The notes: generated from the letters alone by a model not told the origin. 64,000 nucleotides of DNA from Antedon mediterranea (GCF_964355755.1 NC_092676.1:6239888-6303887); one strand, 5' to 3'; shown: positions 12,492 to 35,102, counted from the stretch's first letter. Numbers and translations: made by a program.

Positions 12492-13805
12492 TTATAAATG
12501 TTTACATTCTTCGTCACGGATATCGCATCCACGAATTTGTTTCCATATTTTCAACATACTTAAATCCTTAACTTCATAACGTCTACTAAAACCATAGTGT
12601 AAAGGATTTGAGGATCTGTAGTGAGTGAGACGAACTTCATTTAAAGGGTCAAGGGTCAATGTCTCACCACCTAATTTTACTCCGTGTATTTTGAAGTAAT
12701 GCACATTTTTAGGTCGAATGATACATTTATCGTGCCCCATATTTAATGGATCTGGATTTGAAGCTCGCCAGCGATTCGCTTCTATTGTGGTATTTAAATG
12801 AAGAAATTTCTCGTGTTTTTTACGTCCGAAAAACCAACTTTGCATTTGAAGGCATGCGATATTCCCCGACGTATAATTGGCTATGTAGTCTGTTAAAAGT
12901 GGCTTATCTGGATTCATTGGTTGTACAAATTCATCGAGATCTACTTTTAGTATCCATTCTGATCTATGCTTATTCCGCCAAACACAGTCATTCTCATGAG
13001 CTATTTGTACTTCTAAATACGTTTTCCATGGCGTGTGATCATGTGACCACGGAATGACTGATACAAAATCGTTGTCTATATACGTTTTCAACACCTTTGG
13101 CAAACTCTCTCGTTTAGAATTGTCGTAAATGTAAACATGGTTTACTCCAATGTGACGATAGTAGTCCAACCAAGTCGGGAAAAACCTATCCATGTTTTTT
13201 GCCATGGTACAGAGTATCAAGGGATGCTTTTCCTTCTTTGTTAATGTCTTGTGAGAGGAACATATAGGAATATTAATATATGCGGCAGTTGGAAAAGTAT
13301 TTCTTCGTAAAGAGACGTTAAACATTTGTTGATGATACGCGGATGAAGACGAGAATTGATCGGGAAACGGACAGGTGATAACAAGTATATATTGTGGAGT
13401 TGCACCAAAACTACGAGCATCTTTTACAATAGGATCCGTCATTGTTTTATCTCCGTTCGGAAATTCACATATAAATGATTGTTCACTCCATTTCTCACCA
13501 CGATATGTAATTCCGACGAATACGACTTGATTATCATCGTAATCGGCAAATACCGAGTGTATTATTGGCATGTGATCACATTGAAGCCTGTTTTTGATAA
13601 AACAACTTGTATACCTTTCAATTGTACCTGTTTTGCAGTTTGAAGTCACATCAACACCATGACGTCGTTCGGTTGATATAAGTCTTCGTACTTGTTGATA
13701 AACTATAGCAGAATTATCCCAAAGTATCCAAGTAACAACGCAAGATATAAATATCAATAGTTTAGCAAACCGTTGTAATGAATTTCTTCGTTTATACGAA
13801 AACAT
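12492..13805 (-). CDS. Glycosyltransferase family 92 (DUF23) protein, 437 aa, single coding exon
   Basis: N-terminal signal anchor; WLDYYRHIGVNHVYIYDNS, Q....NDC..R, WILKVDLDEF (DxD) and KCIIRP..V....IH motifs. Confidence 0.9.
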   Translation of the reverse strand: MFSYKRRNSLQRFAKLLIFISCVVTWILWDNSAIVYQQVRRLISTERRHGVDVTSNCKTGTIERYTSCFIKNRLQCDHMPIIHSVFADYDDNQVVFVGITYRGEKWSEQSFICEFPNGDKTMTDPIVKDARSFGATPQYILVITCPFPDQFSSSSAYHQQMFNVSLRRNTFPTAAYINIPICSSHKTLTKKEKHPLILCTMAKNMDRFFPTWLDYYRHIGVNHVYIYDNSKRESLPKVLKTYIDNDFVSVIPWSHDHTPWKTYLEVQIAHENDCVWRNKHRSEWILKVDLDEFVQPMNPDKPLLTDYIANYTSGNIACLQMQSWFFGRKKHEKFLHLNTTIEANRWRASNPDPLNMGHDKCIIRPKNVHYFKIHGVKLGGETLTLDPLNEVRLTHYRSSNPLHYGFSRRYEVKDLSMLKIWKQIRGCDIRDEECKHL

Positions 13806-14687
13806 TGTGATTGATTTCCAAAATCACTAGTAGGTGCAAAAATGGCTTTTGATAGTGTGCTATTGCTTATTACTTCCATTGTATTGTGACAATAGACTTA
13901 GGGTAAAGCATGGTTCGTGGTTAAGGGAGATCAAATATTTTGACTATCTATAGAATATAATAGTATTAGGTTTTTGAATAGAATTGTATAATGTAATGCT
14001 TCAGAAATTTACAACAATCCTGCATAGTGTGTGTAATTGGTAGCCTCAGAATATTAGTTAGGTTCTAAAAACAGGCTTAAAAACGTCATAGCCTGGTTTT
14101 TTTTACAGGAATAAAATAGTCAAAAAGAAACAGACAAAAATTAAATTTGTAAATAAACTTTTTATTAGCATATGAGCATAAGCATGATCAAATATTTAAC
14201 CTCAAATTATGAAAAATTTTACACAATTTATAAAAAATATATTATATAAATTATATAGTTAACCTTCGGCTGAGCTGAGTAATTTTCTCATGATACTGGC
14301 AAATTTTTGTATGTGGAGATACAGAACTGAGAATTAGTAGTACATTAGTTTTATGTACTGTTTAGATAAGTTCATAGTAGTGTGTCATTTATTGCAAACT
14401 CAACTCAAATGGTGACATTTTCTAATTTCAATTACATCTACTGCATATGTCAGTTATTAATTTTTGCCATTGACACCCTATGGTACTGTTCTATCAGGTT
14501 CTACTATAATGTTACTGATTTTCAGATCGTCAAATGCTGGTAGATTTGTTTCTCTTTTTTTCTAATTTTCCATATGCTATATGATTTTATTTAATTATTA
14601 GATGAGGCAAAAGCATAATTCTTGAATGACATTGAATAACACACAGCACGATTGTCTTATTGCAAATTATGAAGTATAAATTGTATC

Positions 14688-23197
<8,510 letters not shown>

Positions 23198-23712
23198 AGT
23201 TTAAACTGTAAGAAAATAAGGCAAACAATTTTAACTGCACTCTCACACAGGCGCTTGACGGTGCTATTATAATAATATCTATATAAATAATTCCCTTTTG
23301 GCGTTCCATATTATATTATAGTTGAAATATTTTTTCCCTTTTCTGGTCTCTCTGTGATGCAAGCATATAGTAGGTCTAGGCATGGAGTAAACTCCATGGT
23401 CTAGGCCTACACCAGGTAAACTAAAGATGGTATGCAACTAACACATGCAATTTAAACTACTAAACATAAATGCACTTAGAAAAAATGAGTTTCGAAAAGG
23501 GATTATTTTTTACCACAATGTGGGTGTCATCTCTCCGCCACCCCGCGACTCGTGCCTCTCGCGAACCACAAACCAAAACAACAACAAGGTTAGCTAGCTA
23601 TTATGCCTAGGCCTAGTCTAGACGCAGACCTGGCCTCAATAGGTTTAATAATTGATGTTTGATACTACCAGACATATACACTAACAAAACGGTATAAAAT
23701 ACACTTACTTAC

Positions 23713-23830
23713 CTGGGTCCTATGAAACAACCTTAACTTCCGTTTACCCGTTCCTATAATAAATTCTAACACTTTTCATGTAACGAAACCTCCCGGCACC
23801 TATGACGCGTCACAAGTGCCTTACAGCACA
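23713..23830 (-). promoter_or_regulatory. Probable CPOX non-coding first exon and promoter
   Basis: Strong donor CAG|GTAAGT at 23712; locally CpG-rich; palindrome TGACGCGTCA at ~23802; CGGAAG ETS-like motif. Confidence 0.55.
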
Positions 23831-25371
23831 GTGAGACATGATTACAGTTAATGTCGTTTCGGCACACGGCATATGTTCCGTTTGTGCAATACATATTAGA
23901 GTAAGTAATTTATTTAAATTTGAACGATTAATCGTAGAAAATTGGTTCTTTAATGGACCCCGTGTTTTCAACTCCACTAGTCCAGTGTTTACAGTGTTTT
24001 GTTATGTATTGAATTGTATTGTTGACATGGGTTTGGTTAAGCACATCTTTTGCTTTACCTCAACAGCCAGCCCCGTTCAACTTTTTTGTTTCTGATTGTC
24101 AAAAGATTGAAAAAAAAAAAAAAATAGAGCAAGAGTGACACATTTTGTTTGTAGTTTCAAGCCTGTTTTGTCCAGTAAAGTATAATAGTTAGACTTAGTA
24201 GTAGTAGTAGTAACTCCAACCTCATCTACATACAGTAGGCCTATAGCTAGGGCTAAACGTATTGGCTTCCCTGCATCTTCCCTTCACACCAAAATATTAT
24301 ATATTTTATCTTATATAATACTTTACGTATATACTCTTTCTTTTATATACTGTATTTATTATATATTATTTCATGTTATGTATAGTTTATTTGTATTTTT
24401 CTTGTATATGGTTTTATCTTACTGTAACTGTTTGTATTGTATGGAGTGAGTGCAGAATCTGTTTGGGCTTTAGCCTATTCTCATTCCTGGTTATTTTTAT
24501 TATTATTATTATATACTGTATTTATACAGTAAGCATTAATATACAGTATGTATAATGCATATACACGCTTAATCAAAGCACACAAAGAAACTATAGTTCT
24601 GCGCAAATCGTTTTTATTCAGAACATTCAATAACAATAGGCCTATATTTACAATATCTTAAATATTAATATCTCTCTGAAATTATAAACTATATTAATCA
24701 ACTGCACAAAAGAATGCAGTAATGACGTCATGCAAAGCTAAAATACTTTTTATATATTTACAAGTTTTAAGAACCGCTATAATTGTCAAATAGAGGCAGT
24801 GATATAAAAAAAACATAATCTGTTATGATAAAACTTTAATTTATCTATGCACATACAAATATGGTTTTAGTCTCAATATTGAAATTATATATCACAGAAA
24901 AAAATTTTTTTATAGGAATTATTTGATGTGTATTGTATACAGTATAGATTGTTTTTATAATTATTTTGAATAGGTCGATAGGTCATATGAAAACAGTATT
25001 GAACTCAAATGTTTACAGCAGAACTCATATTAAAGGGACACACAACAAAGTGTATCCTTAATAGTAGTGTCTCCTGAATAGAGGTTAGCCGTAGTATTAA
25101 CTCATTTATACCGCTCGTTTCACAGGAATATGTCCCCTTAGGAAATGTGTCCCCTGAATAGGTATCAGAGGTATCTCTGTACACCAAACACAGTGCTTGC
25201 CACCCAACATGTTGTACTGTAGTATCACATGAAACATGTCTCTACAAAGTTGTTGTTTCCAACTTTACAGTTCAAATCTTCAGAACGTTTCTTGTGTGTT
25301 GAGAAATGTCATTCTCAATATAATACAATATCTATGATAAATTATTTTTTAATATGATGTTGTTACGCGCA

Positions 25372-28300
25372 CTATAACGAATCTGGACTCATCATTTGTA
25401 ATAATCTGTACGTGCCAACACCCACTTGCTTCGCTATGTCCGATATGTCCAGGCCCCATAACCGCATGTACTGAAGAAAATCCATTTCTTCTCCTAAACA
25501 ACAAAAATATTAAAGGTTAGATATTGATAGAGTGTAGGTGATTGACTAGATTTAAAAAAAAAATTATGATGTAATTCTACCGATTATGCCTACTTAGTAC
25601 ATTTTAGGATTCTCGTTTGCGTGACCCGATAACACAACTTTTTTCTCATTAGTAACAATTATCATATAAGATGTACTTCTGCTGAAAGACCGATTCTTGG
25701 AACATACACGGATAATGTGTTAATCGTTGTTCTCTTTGGAGGTGTAACTACTCTCAATGGAAACGATACATTCAAATAATAAAATATTCCAGGTCCTAAA
25801 GGTTCCACTATTACGACTCCGTCGTGGCTAAAGTCTTCCGACTCTCCCTTCTCCATTTATATATAACTCAAGTCTTGTAATCCATGTATAAAATAAATTT
25901 AACATTTTCTTAATGAAAATAAATAATTTCTCTTATATAATTTTAATTAAAATAAGTAATGTCTTTTTTGCATATACAAGCAATAATAATAATAATACAT
26001 GTTAAAATAAATTTGACCATTGTGCACGATTTGCTGCAGTTTCTCTTAGTTTTATTTCATAACCCACATGCTCCAGACGGATTACATACCTGTGTATCGA
26101 TTCTTAATTTTAGGACATGTTGGGTTGTTACAGTGAGGGCAATCAGCGTGATCTATCAGGTGATGTTGGCATCGTCTGCTGTTACGTGACACGCCCCCAG
26201 CTTTAGGATCATCACTAACCACGCCCTGGTTACCGCTCGTGTTCCTATTATTATTATTATTATTTCTGTTTTCGTTTCCTTTATTTCTGGACTTTCTTCG
26301 ACGATTATTTTTCGGTTGCCGCCTGGCTTCTGAAAACGATTAAAACATGTATATTATTTACCAGATTTCACGAACTCTGTTGTAATGTAATTTGTTCAGT
26401 ATGGAAATTCCGCTATACAGAGTCAAATGTTCTTCATAATATTCTTGGTTATAATAAATTAAATGTCACAGTTCTTGGGAATTGTAGGAATTAATTAATG
26501 TCTACATTTGATTGAAATACATTAAAGCTGTTAAGTTAATTGTGATAAAACATTGTTGAGTTTGTATAATATATAACATTTTGTTTCATTATGCACATTT
26601 TCAACAACGTTTTATAGAACATTAGAATAATTACACATATCAAAGAGGGTACCTATCACCTTAGATTATTTGGAAAGTGGGAACCAAGCTTTAAAAACAT
26701 TTTTTGGACCACGTTTGTTTTGTTGCGTTGTTGTATTAAAGTACTAACTTTATCCACTACACACATTATGTTAAAGGCTCGTACAGTAAAATAAGAAAAT
26801 ACCAACCCTTAAGTAAATGATGAAACAAAAATATAGAGAATGATTTAATGTATAAGTTTGTAAGAAGTATGTGTGGAAGAATGGTATATTATTAATAGTG
26901 TAAAAAGGACAAAAAGCAATGAATGCGACACAATTAAAATGTGGAAGTTCAATACAAAGGATGAAAATTATGTTAATATTATTAGTAAAAGTGATAAATA
27001 GCCTACTGAACACAAGTATAGATTCGGTAGTGAAGGGAGGGGATGATCGTGTGATAGAAAATCGAAAAGTGGATGACGTTGTTTTAGATTACCTGCACTC
27101 CTTTTCCATAGACTAAAAAACCCAGACTGTTTTGGGGGCTGTGTTTGTGTTGTGTTCGGAATTACGGTAGAATTGAGACTAACTGAAAATTGCAACAGTG
27201 TTAAAGTAAATTAACTAACTAAATTTGCAAAAGAAAAGCATGTCGATCTTCATTGTCGGCTCCTCGCGAAACTCCTAATGGCCAAGTCAGACAGCATCGT
27301 ACGATGCAGGCCCGACGAAACGTCCTGACTCGATCGTCGGCGCTGTCAAGAGTCGTCTTGAGATAGCGTAGAGCGTAGTTTTTAGGTCGTCGGGAGAACT
27401 TTAAACATGTTTAATTTTCTCCCGACAACACGACGCTGTCTGAGTTGACCTTGAAATGATCAATAGGCCTAAGATTATCATGGAAATCATGTACAGTACG
27501 TTGATTTGCTCATTCGGCCTCTTAAGTTTATCCGTTGGATTTTGCAATGGAAACACTCGCACAAGCGCTTTTGCACTATTTAAATGTTAGCGACTACTGT
27601 AATTACAAGTCTATAATAATTAACCAAATATTAGTAAGCATACAGTACACTGTGTTAGCCTACCTGTTGTGGTTTTACTGGTAGATGTTGACCGCTGACC
27701 GGAATTCCGATTACTTTCGGTACTTGATGCTAACCAGCATTTTAAAGAATGACGAAGGTAATTATTGCGCACCGCCATTTTTGTCCAGTCACTGGCAAAA
27801 AAAAAAATTAATTTTTCATTTGTGTAATTATACTGCAGTATAGCATACCTTTTACCAGCAATAATGCCGGTTTTCCCCTGTAATATGCCCTATATTACCG
27901 CTGTAACGCAAACAAGTAGCCAATCATCACAAGCGACGGATCATTTGAACTTTCATGTAGCGTGATAATGTGTGAAATTTCTTGTGTTGTTTTAAAACCA
28001 ACGAAAAAAAACCAATAAAAATACTAGGACTTACTTGCTCTCAAGAATCATGTGACCGTAACAACACGTGGCAAACACAGCTCTGCAGAAAAAAAGAAGT
28101 GAAATTGACGTACTTACGTTATTGTAAAAGTTAGAAGACATGGTCAGAGCTGGATTTATCAAACGTGCTTTAAGTAAAGCATTTGTTAATCCAATTATTT
28201 ATATTTCATTGGTGAATCTTGGATCTGTGAAAACTTACGATACATTTTTAAGCGATGCCCTAACTTCTTTGGCTGTTTTCTGCATGTAGTTCCACTCTTC

Positions 28301-31300
28301 AAGTTCTGTAGGCGGGATTAGACTAACTAGGTTGATTGTTAACTGAGCCTCGTCATACAGCCATTGTACGATGTATACGGGCGCTGGAAATAACAATATC
28401 AATATTGCACTTGTTAGTTTACAGTGCGTAGTTAGTAGTACTGTACAGTATCGAAATGTTCACTTTTCAACTACACTCCAAATTCACTTTGATATAATTA
28501 AACCGTTAAATCATTTTACCATTCGTAGTAAAAATGATCACCTCCACAACTTACGTGATGATTAAAACAATATTTTCTTCACACACACAATAATTATTGG
28601 CAAGAATTTAACAAATCTCGTCAAACGGATAACTTACTTCTTAGTGTTTGATAAATCCTAAATCCAAAGAAACATCTCCATTCATTTCCAACTCCATACA
28701 TGTCCAGGCAGGATGTTGGCACTGAACTACCCCAAAGCCTAAATAAATAACAAATTTAATATCAAGTATCATCCTTGCAATTGGTTAATTTTGTCGTGCG
28801 TGGTTTCCTCCAATTTCATATGAATATCGCGCGACGGAATCCCGCCTCCTGTAAAGTCTAAACTGCTCTACTCGGTCGTGCTACCAAATCGATCTAATAT
28901 CCCCTTAACGTGGCCTAGCATTTAATTCACGATGAAATGGTGATGCTAAATATCTACATTTAAACGATAATCGTACATACGTGACTCCTTTCGATATTGC
29001 TTCAGCAGGTTTACAGAATATTGAGCTATCGCATCTTGTCTCTTTCAGTTGTTCCATGTCCATAAACCACCCTGAATCAACCAATCCACGTAACTCCACG
29101 TTGCTCCCTACAGAGGTTAACCAATCACTAATACTATCCAAATTTAGCAACACTCCCGTTCCTCCAGCACTAGTGTAAACAGAGAATTGTACATCAAATA
29201 TACATTTATCATTAAAACTATGAAGTAGTTTGAAAGGATAACAAGCGTTTGTTTTACGTAGCCCTTTTGCCAAATTCTGTCAGGAAAAGTATAGGAAAAC
29301 AAATGCTTGCCAAACTCTGAGAGAAAAAGTATAGGAAAACAAATTCTTGCCAAACTCTGACAGAAAATGTATAGAAAACAAATGTTTAACCAAACACTGA
29401 CAGAAAAATATAGGAAAAATGTTTTGCTAAACTCTGACAGAAAAAGACAGTAGGAAAAACAATTTTGTCAAACTATGAAAAACAAGTATAGAAAAAAAGT
29501 TTGGCCAAAACCTTACAGAAAAAGCATAAGTAAACTGTTTTGCCAATATCGGACAGGAAAGGAATAGAATGTTTGCTAAACTCTGACAGAAAAAAGTATA
29601 AGAAAATAAATATTTTACCAAACCCTTACAGAAAAAGTATAGCAAAACTGTTTTGCCGACTCTGATAGAAAAAGGTATAAGAAAACTAATATTTTACCAA
29701 ACCCTTACTGAAAACGTATAGGAAAACTGTTTTTCCAACTCTGACAGAAAGTATTGGAAAACAAATTGTTTACCAAACACTGATAGAAAAAGTATAGGAA
29801 AACTGTTTTGCCAAACTCTGACAGAAAAAGTATTGGAAAACAAATGCTTTACCAAACACTGACAGAAAAAGCTCAGGAAAGATATTTTGCCAAACTCTTA
29901 AAGAAATAGTATAGGAAAAAATATGTTGTCCAAATTCATCTTTCCCTGTGGCATCGGGTGTTACGCGAGTGAACCAGAAACAGAAAACAGATTCGTTCAT
30001 GCACAAAAACAACACCTTACCTGCTTCCAGCAAGAACAAGTTGTTTTGCTCCTGAGAGACCGAGAGGTAAAAGTTCACGGAGCACTTCCTTTATTATCAA
30101 AGATCCCATAAATGAATAACCTACAAAAGGAATGATTGCAATTATTATGTTGATCTTTCATAATATTAAGTCATCAACAATCAATCATTACATGATGTAA
30201 GCCTATATATTTCATCAGTGTAGTACACATTCTTCGGTGATCAGGCTTCAACTGATCATGATCAAGTCAGTAAAGATATACCACCATAACGTGATCTTGT
30301 AAACCACGTCAAAGAAACATGACTTAATACATTAATATTAATAATAATAATTATTGATCTTTCACAATATTAATTAACAATCAATCATTACATGATGTAT
30401 ATTTCATTAGTGTTATTATTTAGGCCGGTACACATTTTTCGTTGATCAGGCTTTCACTGATCATGATCAAGTCAGTCAAGACTTACCACCATAACGTGGT
30501 CTAGTAGAGCACATCTTAGAAACGTGATTTAAATTAAAAATGAAATATAATCATGATTTGATTTAGTATTTCCAAGTCATTGAACCGTATTTCCCCAACT
30601 TTCATGCAACAGGCCTAGCATAAATAGATCTACGGTAACCGATTTTCTTTATCTGAAACTAATCAGGATAACTGATCTTACTTAACTTACCTGTTTCGGA
30701 CGTTAACTTAGTCCCACTCCAGACATCACTTGAACAGTACGGTATCATACTACAAGAAACACGATAAATAAATAAGAGATTAGTCAGTAATCTCAAAATC
30801 GTATTCTCAGAGATCAACTATATAGGTCTACTTTAATTTTTCATTTCATTTGGCCCACTGAATAAAATCTCTCATTGGAGAAGATTTAGAAAGGATTAAT
30901 CATTTAAAAAATTCGTTAAATAAAAATTAAATTGAAAATTACGGTAACGTACACAACATTTGCATTCCACCAAATAGGATTATTGACAGGATCAGCCGAT
31001 AAAATTCCAGAACCTGGATTAAAACAAAGTTGTAAATAATTAATGATTAATGTAACCCTGTGAGGTAACAAAAAATTCGAAATTGTACATTGTTGAATCA
31101 TCATTCAGAGTTTCTTGATAATTAAATTCCAATCAAATATATCTGTATTGAGATTGAGTTCGATGTTCACTAGGACGCAGCGAATTGACCAATCACAAGC
31201 GAAAGATCGCTTGTGATAGGAAAAACGTTGCGCTTACGTCGTTGCGTTGCGTCCAAGGTGGGAACCATCATGCTTAAAGCTTGGTTCCCACTAGAAAGTA

Positions 31301-33702
31301 ACGCAAGGACGTAAACGCAACGCAAGCGTTTTAACCAATGACAAGCGAAGTTATAGACAGTTAGCAATCACAAGCGAATAAGCCATCGCTTGTGATTGGT
31401 CAAGGCCTGACTCGTCATACACATGTGACGCTGAATGTGCCACACAATGTGTATGCTAGTGTTGTAGATAGGCATACAGACAGTACCGAATCGTTGCCAC
31501 TAGTATCCTAGACTTTCCCCAAGTTCATTGTCTTTTTATTTTTATTTGTTTTTATTTATTTTTGTCTGAAAATACCAAGCAAATATACGTATGAAACGCC
31601 ATATGTGCCAAAATATTTATCTTTTTACTAATATTAAGACAAAACTCCGTCTGGAACCCAGACTACTAGTATCCCTATGAGTAAGACCTAATTATCAACC
31701 ATGGTCTACGAATGTCCTTACCTTTCTGAGTTTGTGGCCAAAGCAATGACCCTGTAAGTCTTGGTGAATTTTCATTTCTCCAATTACAACTCGAACGATC
31801 GTAGCAATAAGTACCACCTTTGATAAACAACAAAATAACATATATTTTTTAATGGATTGTCAGCCAACGTGACGTGCATATATTTATATTTTAGTGGTTA
31901 TCTTCAGAATATTTATACCTTACCCTGTAGAAACACGAGCCATCGCCGACTCATCGGTGAATGACGTAGATAATACCTGTTTTGGTAGGAAAAAAATGTT
32001 TGCGTGTGTACAGTTAAAAAATAAAACAAAGAAATTTATGAATAAATAAGATAACATTTATTCTACTAAAAAAAAAAAATCTCATGAAAATATTTGTGAT
32101 ACGAAGAATGTATATTCGAAGGAATTCCTTACAATTTTCCGGTAGTAATACACAAATATTTCTTGATATAGGCCTACAATAAAACCTCTCTTAAGCGTGG
32201 TTCCCACTAGCGACGCAACACAAGGACGTAACGCAACGCAAGTGAATTGACCAATCACAAGCGATGGCTTATTCGCTTATGATTGCTAACTGTCTATAAC
32301 TTCGCTTGGCATTGGTTAAAACGCTTGCGATGCGTTTACGTCCTTGCGTTACGTTCTAGTGGGAACCAAGCTTTATGGGGACACGTTTTCTATCGGAAAT
32401 GTCTCCTTGGGACTTTCCCCTTGTTAAGGGTGTCACAAAAGGCTGTAACCAAAGTTTAAAGTTATATTAAGTTGTCTTATTTATTTTTACGATCTGAGTC
32501 AAATTGTATCCAAATAAAGAGCTAAACTCTTAATCCTATAGACATTAGCAAGGCAGACACCGTTATGGTGTTACACCAAGGATACGTTACAAAAGAATTG
32601 ACGGACAATTAGATTAATCCTTTAGCATTTCAATAGTCAGTGTCTTGATTTCAATTGAAAGTCATTTCCTATCCTTATATCCATTGTATACCGGGGGGTC
32701 TTTAAAAAGTGAGCAGCAATGAAGGAAATGTACAGGACTACAGTTAAGTGTCTACACTATACTATCAAACTACTTTGACCTAAAAAATTGTGATGTGCCC
32801 AGATATGGTAAAGATATGCCCAAATATGGTAGTGATATGACATCATCATGTGATATGGGCACATCACATTTTTTTTTGTGTCACAAACAGTTTGATAGTG
32901 TAGACAGAGCTTAATGCGGCCGGTTCTCCATCCTGGTACAGATATTTGGACAGTCAACATGAAGATCAGGATCATGTGTTAGGATTAGTGTTTAGTGATT
33001 AAGGCTGAACATGCTTTTGACTGTAAATGGGCTAGGTGCAAATATTGTCGATTCTCTAGATTTCCCTCCTCAACATACACAGTGAGCTATTATTAGGCAT
33101 AATTCATTAGGCCTACAATATACAGATGAAGGAGCTCGTAATATTTGAATGTTATAACGATCTACCTTGAGATGGTACGAGATATTTAATAGAATCACAA
33201 TAAATATTTAAAGGGAGGTTGAATGGAATGAAATAATGAAGTACTTTACATTATGATGACAAATTCTAAAAATAGGTGTAGACCTACTACAAACCTTGTC
33301 TCCAGAATTGGTTTTGGTAAACAAAATTTATCAGAACAAATTGCACGATGTTCAATGCAACATACTGTACTGTAATCTTTTCCCCATGAAACTATTATAA
33401 TAAATTTAATTTTCAACTCTGACGTCAGACTGGGACAGAAAAAATGTTTATAAAACTTACCCTGCAGATGACCCATCGTTACACGTTACAGACTGATTCT
33501 TTAACAATCGTAATTTCATTATAGGTAGCGCTAAGTTGACGTCACAACTCCTGAGAGAAAAGGCCAGTTTTTTCATGTCTTCCTTTTGGTTGTTGGTTAG
33601 GTTTAGAACATACTCTTTCTGTCCGCCAGATTCTGAAGTATATCCCGTCGTCTTAGCAATCAGTGGCGTACAGAAAACAAAGATAATAAATAGTATTTCC
33701 AT
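25372..33702 (-). CDS. NOTUM: Palmitoleoyl-protein carboxylesterase Notum (Wnt deacylase)
   Basis: 13 coding exons; signal peptide; VTCNDGSSAGYY, WWNANVV-MIPYCSSDVWSG, LAGSSAGGTG (catalytic Ser), LVDSGWF, CFFG, QWLYDEAQL (Asp), CYGHMIL (His) and CPHCNNPTCP. Confidence 0.95.
27278..27451. mobile_element. Harbinger-like MITE in a Notum intron
   Basis: GGCCAAGTCAGACAGC ... GCTGTCTGAGTTGACC imperfect TIRs. Confidence 0.5.
29265..29935 (+). repeat. Degenerate ~38-39 bp minisatellite in a Notum intron
   Basis: Repeated CAAACTCTGACAGAAAAAGTATAGGAAAAC-type units. Confidence 0.9.
30150..30530 (+). repeat. Diverged two-copy ~200-bp tandem duplication
   Basis: GATCAGGCTT..ACTGATCATGATCAAGTCAGT..CCACCATAACGTG occurs at ~30240 and ~30445. 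Confidence 0.8.
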
Positions 33703-34984
33703 CTTATATCCAGAGAGGCCTAACGATGTACCGGTAATCTAGAAAAATAAAGTGTTCATTTAAAACACAGCCTGATTAGATGTTAACGATTTAAAAGTAG
33801 CATTAGTAAGACGATAATTATAGGCCCCTTAATACATTAGAAATAGTAAACATTGATATGTTTATTATTGTTTATCGTTAAAAAAAACATATTGATTCAT
33901 GCAGTACGGTAGTAGATTAGACGTTTTATCACCTTTAAGAACCAATATACAAAAAGTTCCCTTGAAAAACAGAGTGTTCATGCAGTACGGTAGTAGATTA
34001 AGACGTTTAAGATATCACCTTCAGGAACCAATATACAAAAAGTTCCCCTGAAAAACAGAGTGTTGAATCCTCCCCTTCGTCGTTCGATCGATAAATGCTT
34101 TATCAATTACGTTGGATAGACTTACCGTATAGAGAAGTATAAATGTCTTTGAAACAACTAAATAGAAGACAACGTTAACACTGTTTGTTCCACTTCAACC
34201 ACACTTTATTTGTTTGATCAATCTCTTTCTTTCGAGTCCTCTTTTCAACCAAAAAAATGGGCAGTCCAGTGTCGTTTATCCGAGAGGTTGTCGACCTATA
34301 TCGTACGCACAGATTTGATAAAAATTAAGGGAGATCGTAAGTATAGGCCCAAGGGAACCGGTAGCCGCCAGGAACAAAGTAAATTCATGGAACTAGTTCC
34401 AGACCCTTTTGAGTAAACACCACTTGAAGAGTAACACCTTAGGTGATGCACACACTTCAAAGACAAGCCGCTTCTGGAGTTGTAATCCCTTAAGTAGTCC
34501 TTTACCAATCTAACTATCTACAATTTATAAAACGTGTCGGTGACATGAAAGGATATTAAATTAAAACGATATATGAATATTCATTAGTCATAGATCCAGT
34601 AAAGCAAAACGTCTTATCAATGAAACTTATAAGAACTTGCAGAGGTCCAAATGTAAGTTATACCGTCGCGCGCGCAAGATTCATTAACTTACCACAAAAC
34701 ATCAATCACTGTATTTCGGCATGATAAAAGAATACTTTGATGGGCTACTCAAATTTACATTCCATCTGGATACTGGTTTTCAACAAGAATGGAAGTAAAT
34801 ATTTATTTATTTTGTTGTGTAGCCTCGAATCTGGTAAGTAATGAGGTCGCGTAGAAAGAGCAAATAACCATTTAATTAACAAAATTCAAAACAATGTTGT
34901 CTTAACACCGTTTGATTGTTACGGTTACGATTGTTGCGTAAGAAAAAGGCCTGGTAGTACGTGTACATTTTTTTATCCCCATTC

Positions 34985-35102
34985 TTTTTAGTCGCGTGCA
35001 AACTCGATTCTATAGCTCACTATGTCGGTCGATTGGTCTGTCCGTCGGTAAACACTAACTCAAATTTGCGCACGCGACTGCAGCCATGTATTTGACCTTG
35101 TA
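34985..35102 (+). mobile_element. Short HINE/DINE-1-like (Helentron-associated) element; second copy at 35585-35710
   Basis: T-rich ends, subterminal inverted repeat AGTCGCGT/ACGCGACT, GTCG/GTCY microsatellite, 3' end ..CCTTGTT. Confidence 0.7.

Noticed and set aside
25662-25856. 64-aa ORF in the last Notum intron as an alternative exon or nested gene
   Set aside because: No recognisable homology or clear splice signals.
34140-34745. TCF/LEF site cluster upstream of Notum (CTTTGAA/CTTTGAT at ~34147, 34455 and 34735)
   Set aside because: Biologically plausible, but such 7-mers are expected roughly once per kb at this base composition; not distinguishable from chance by eye.
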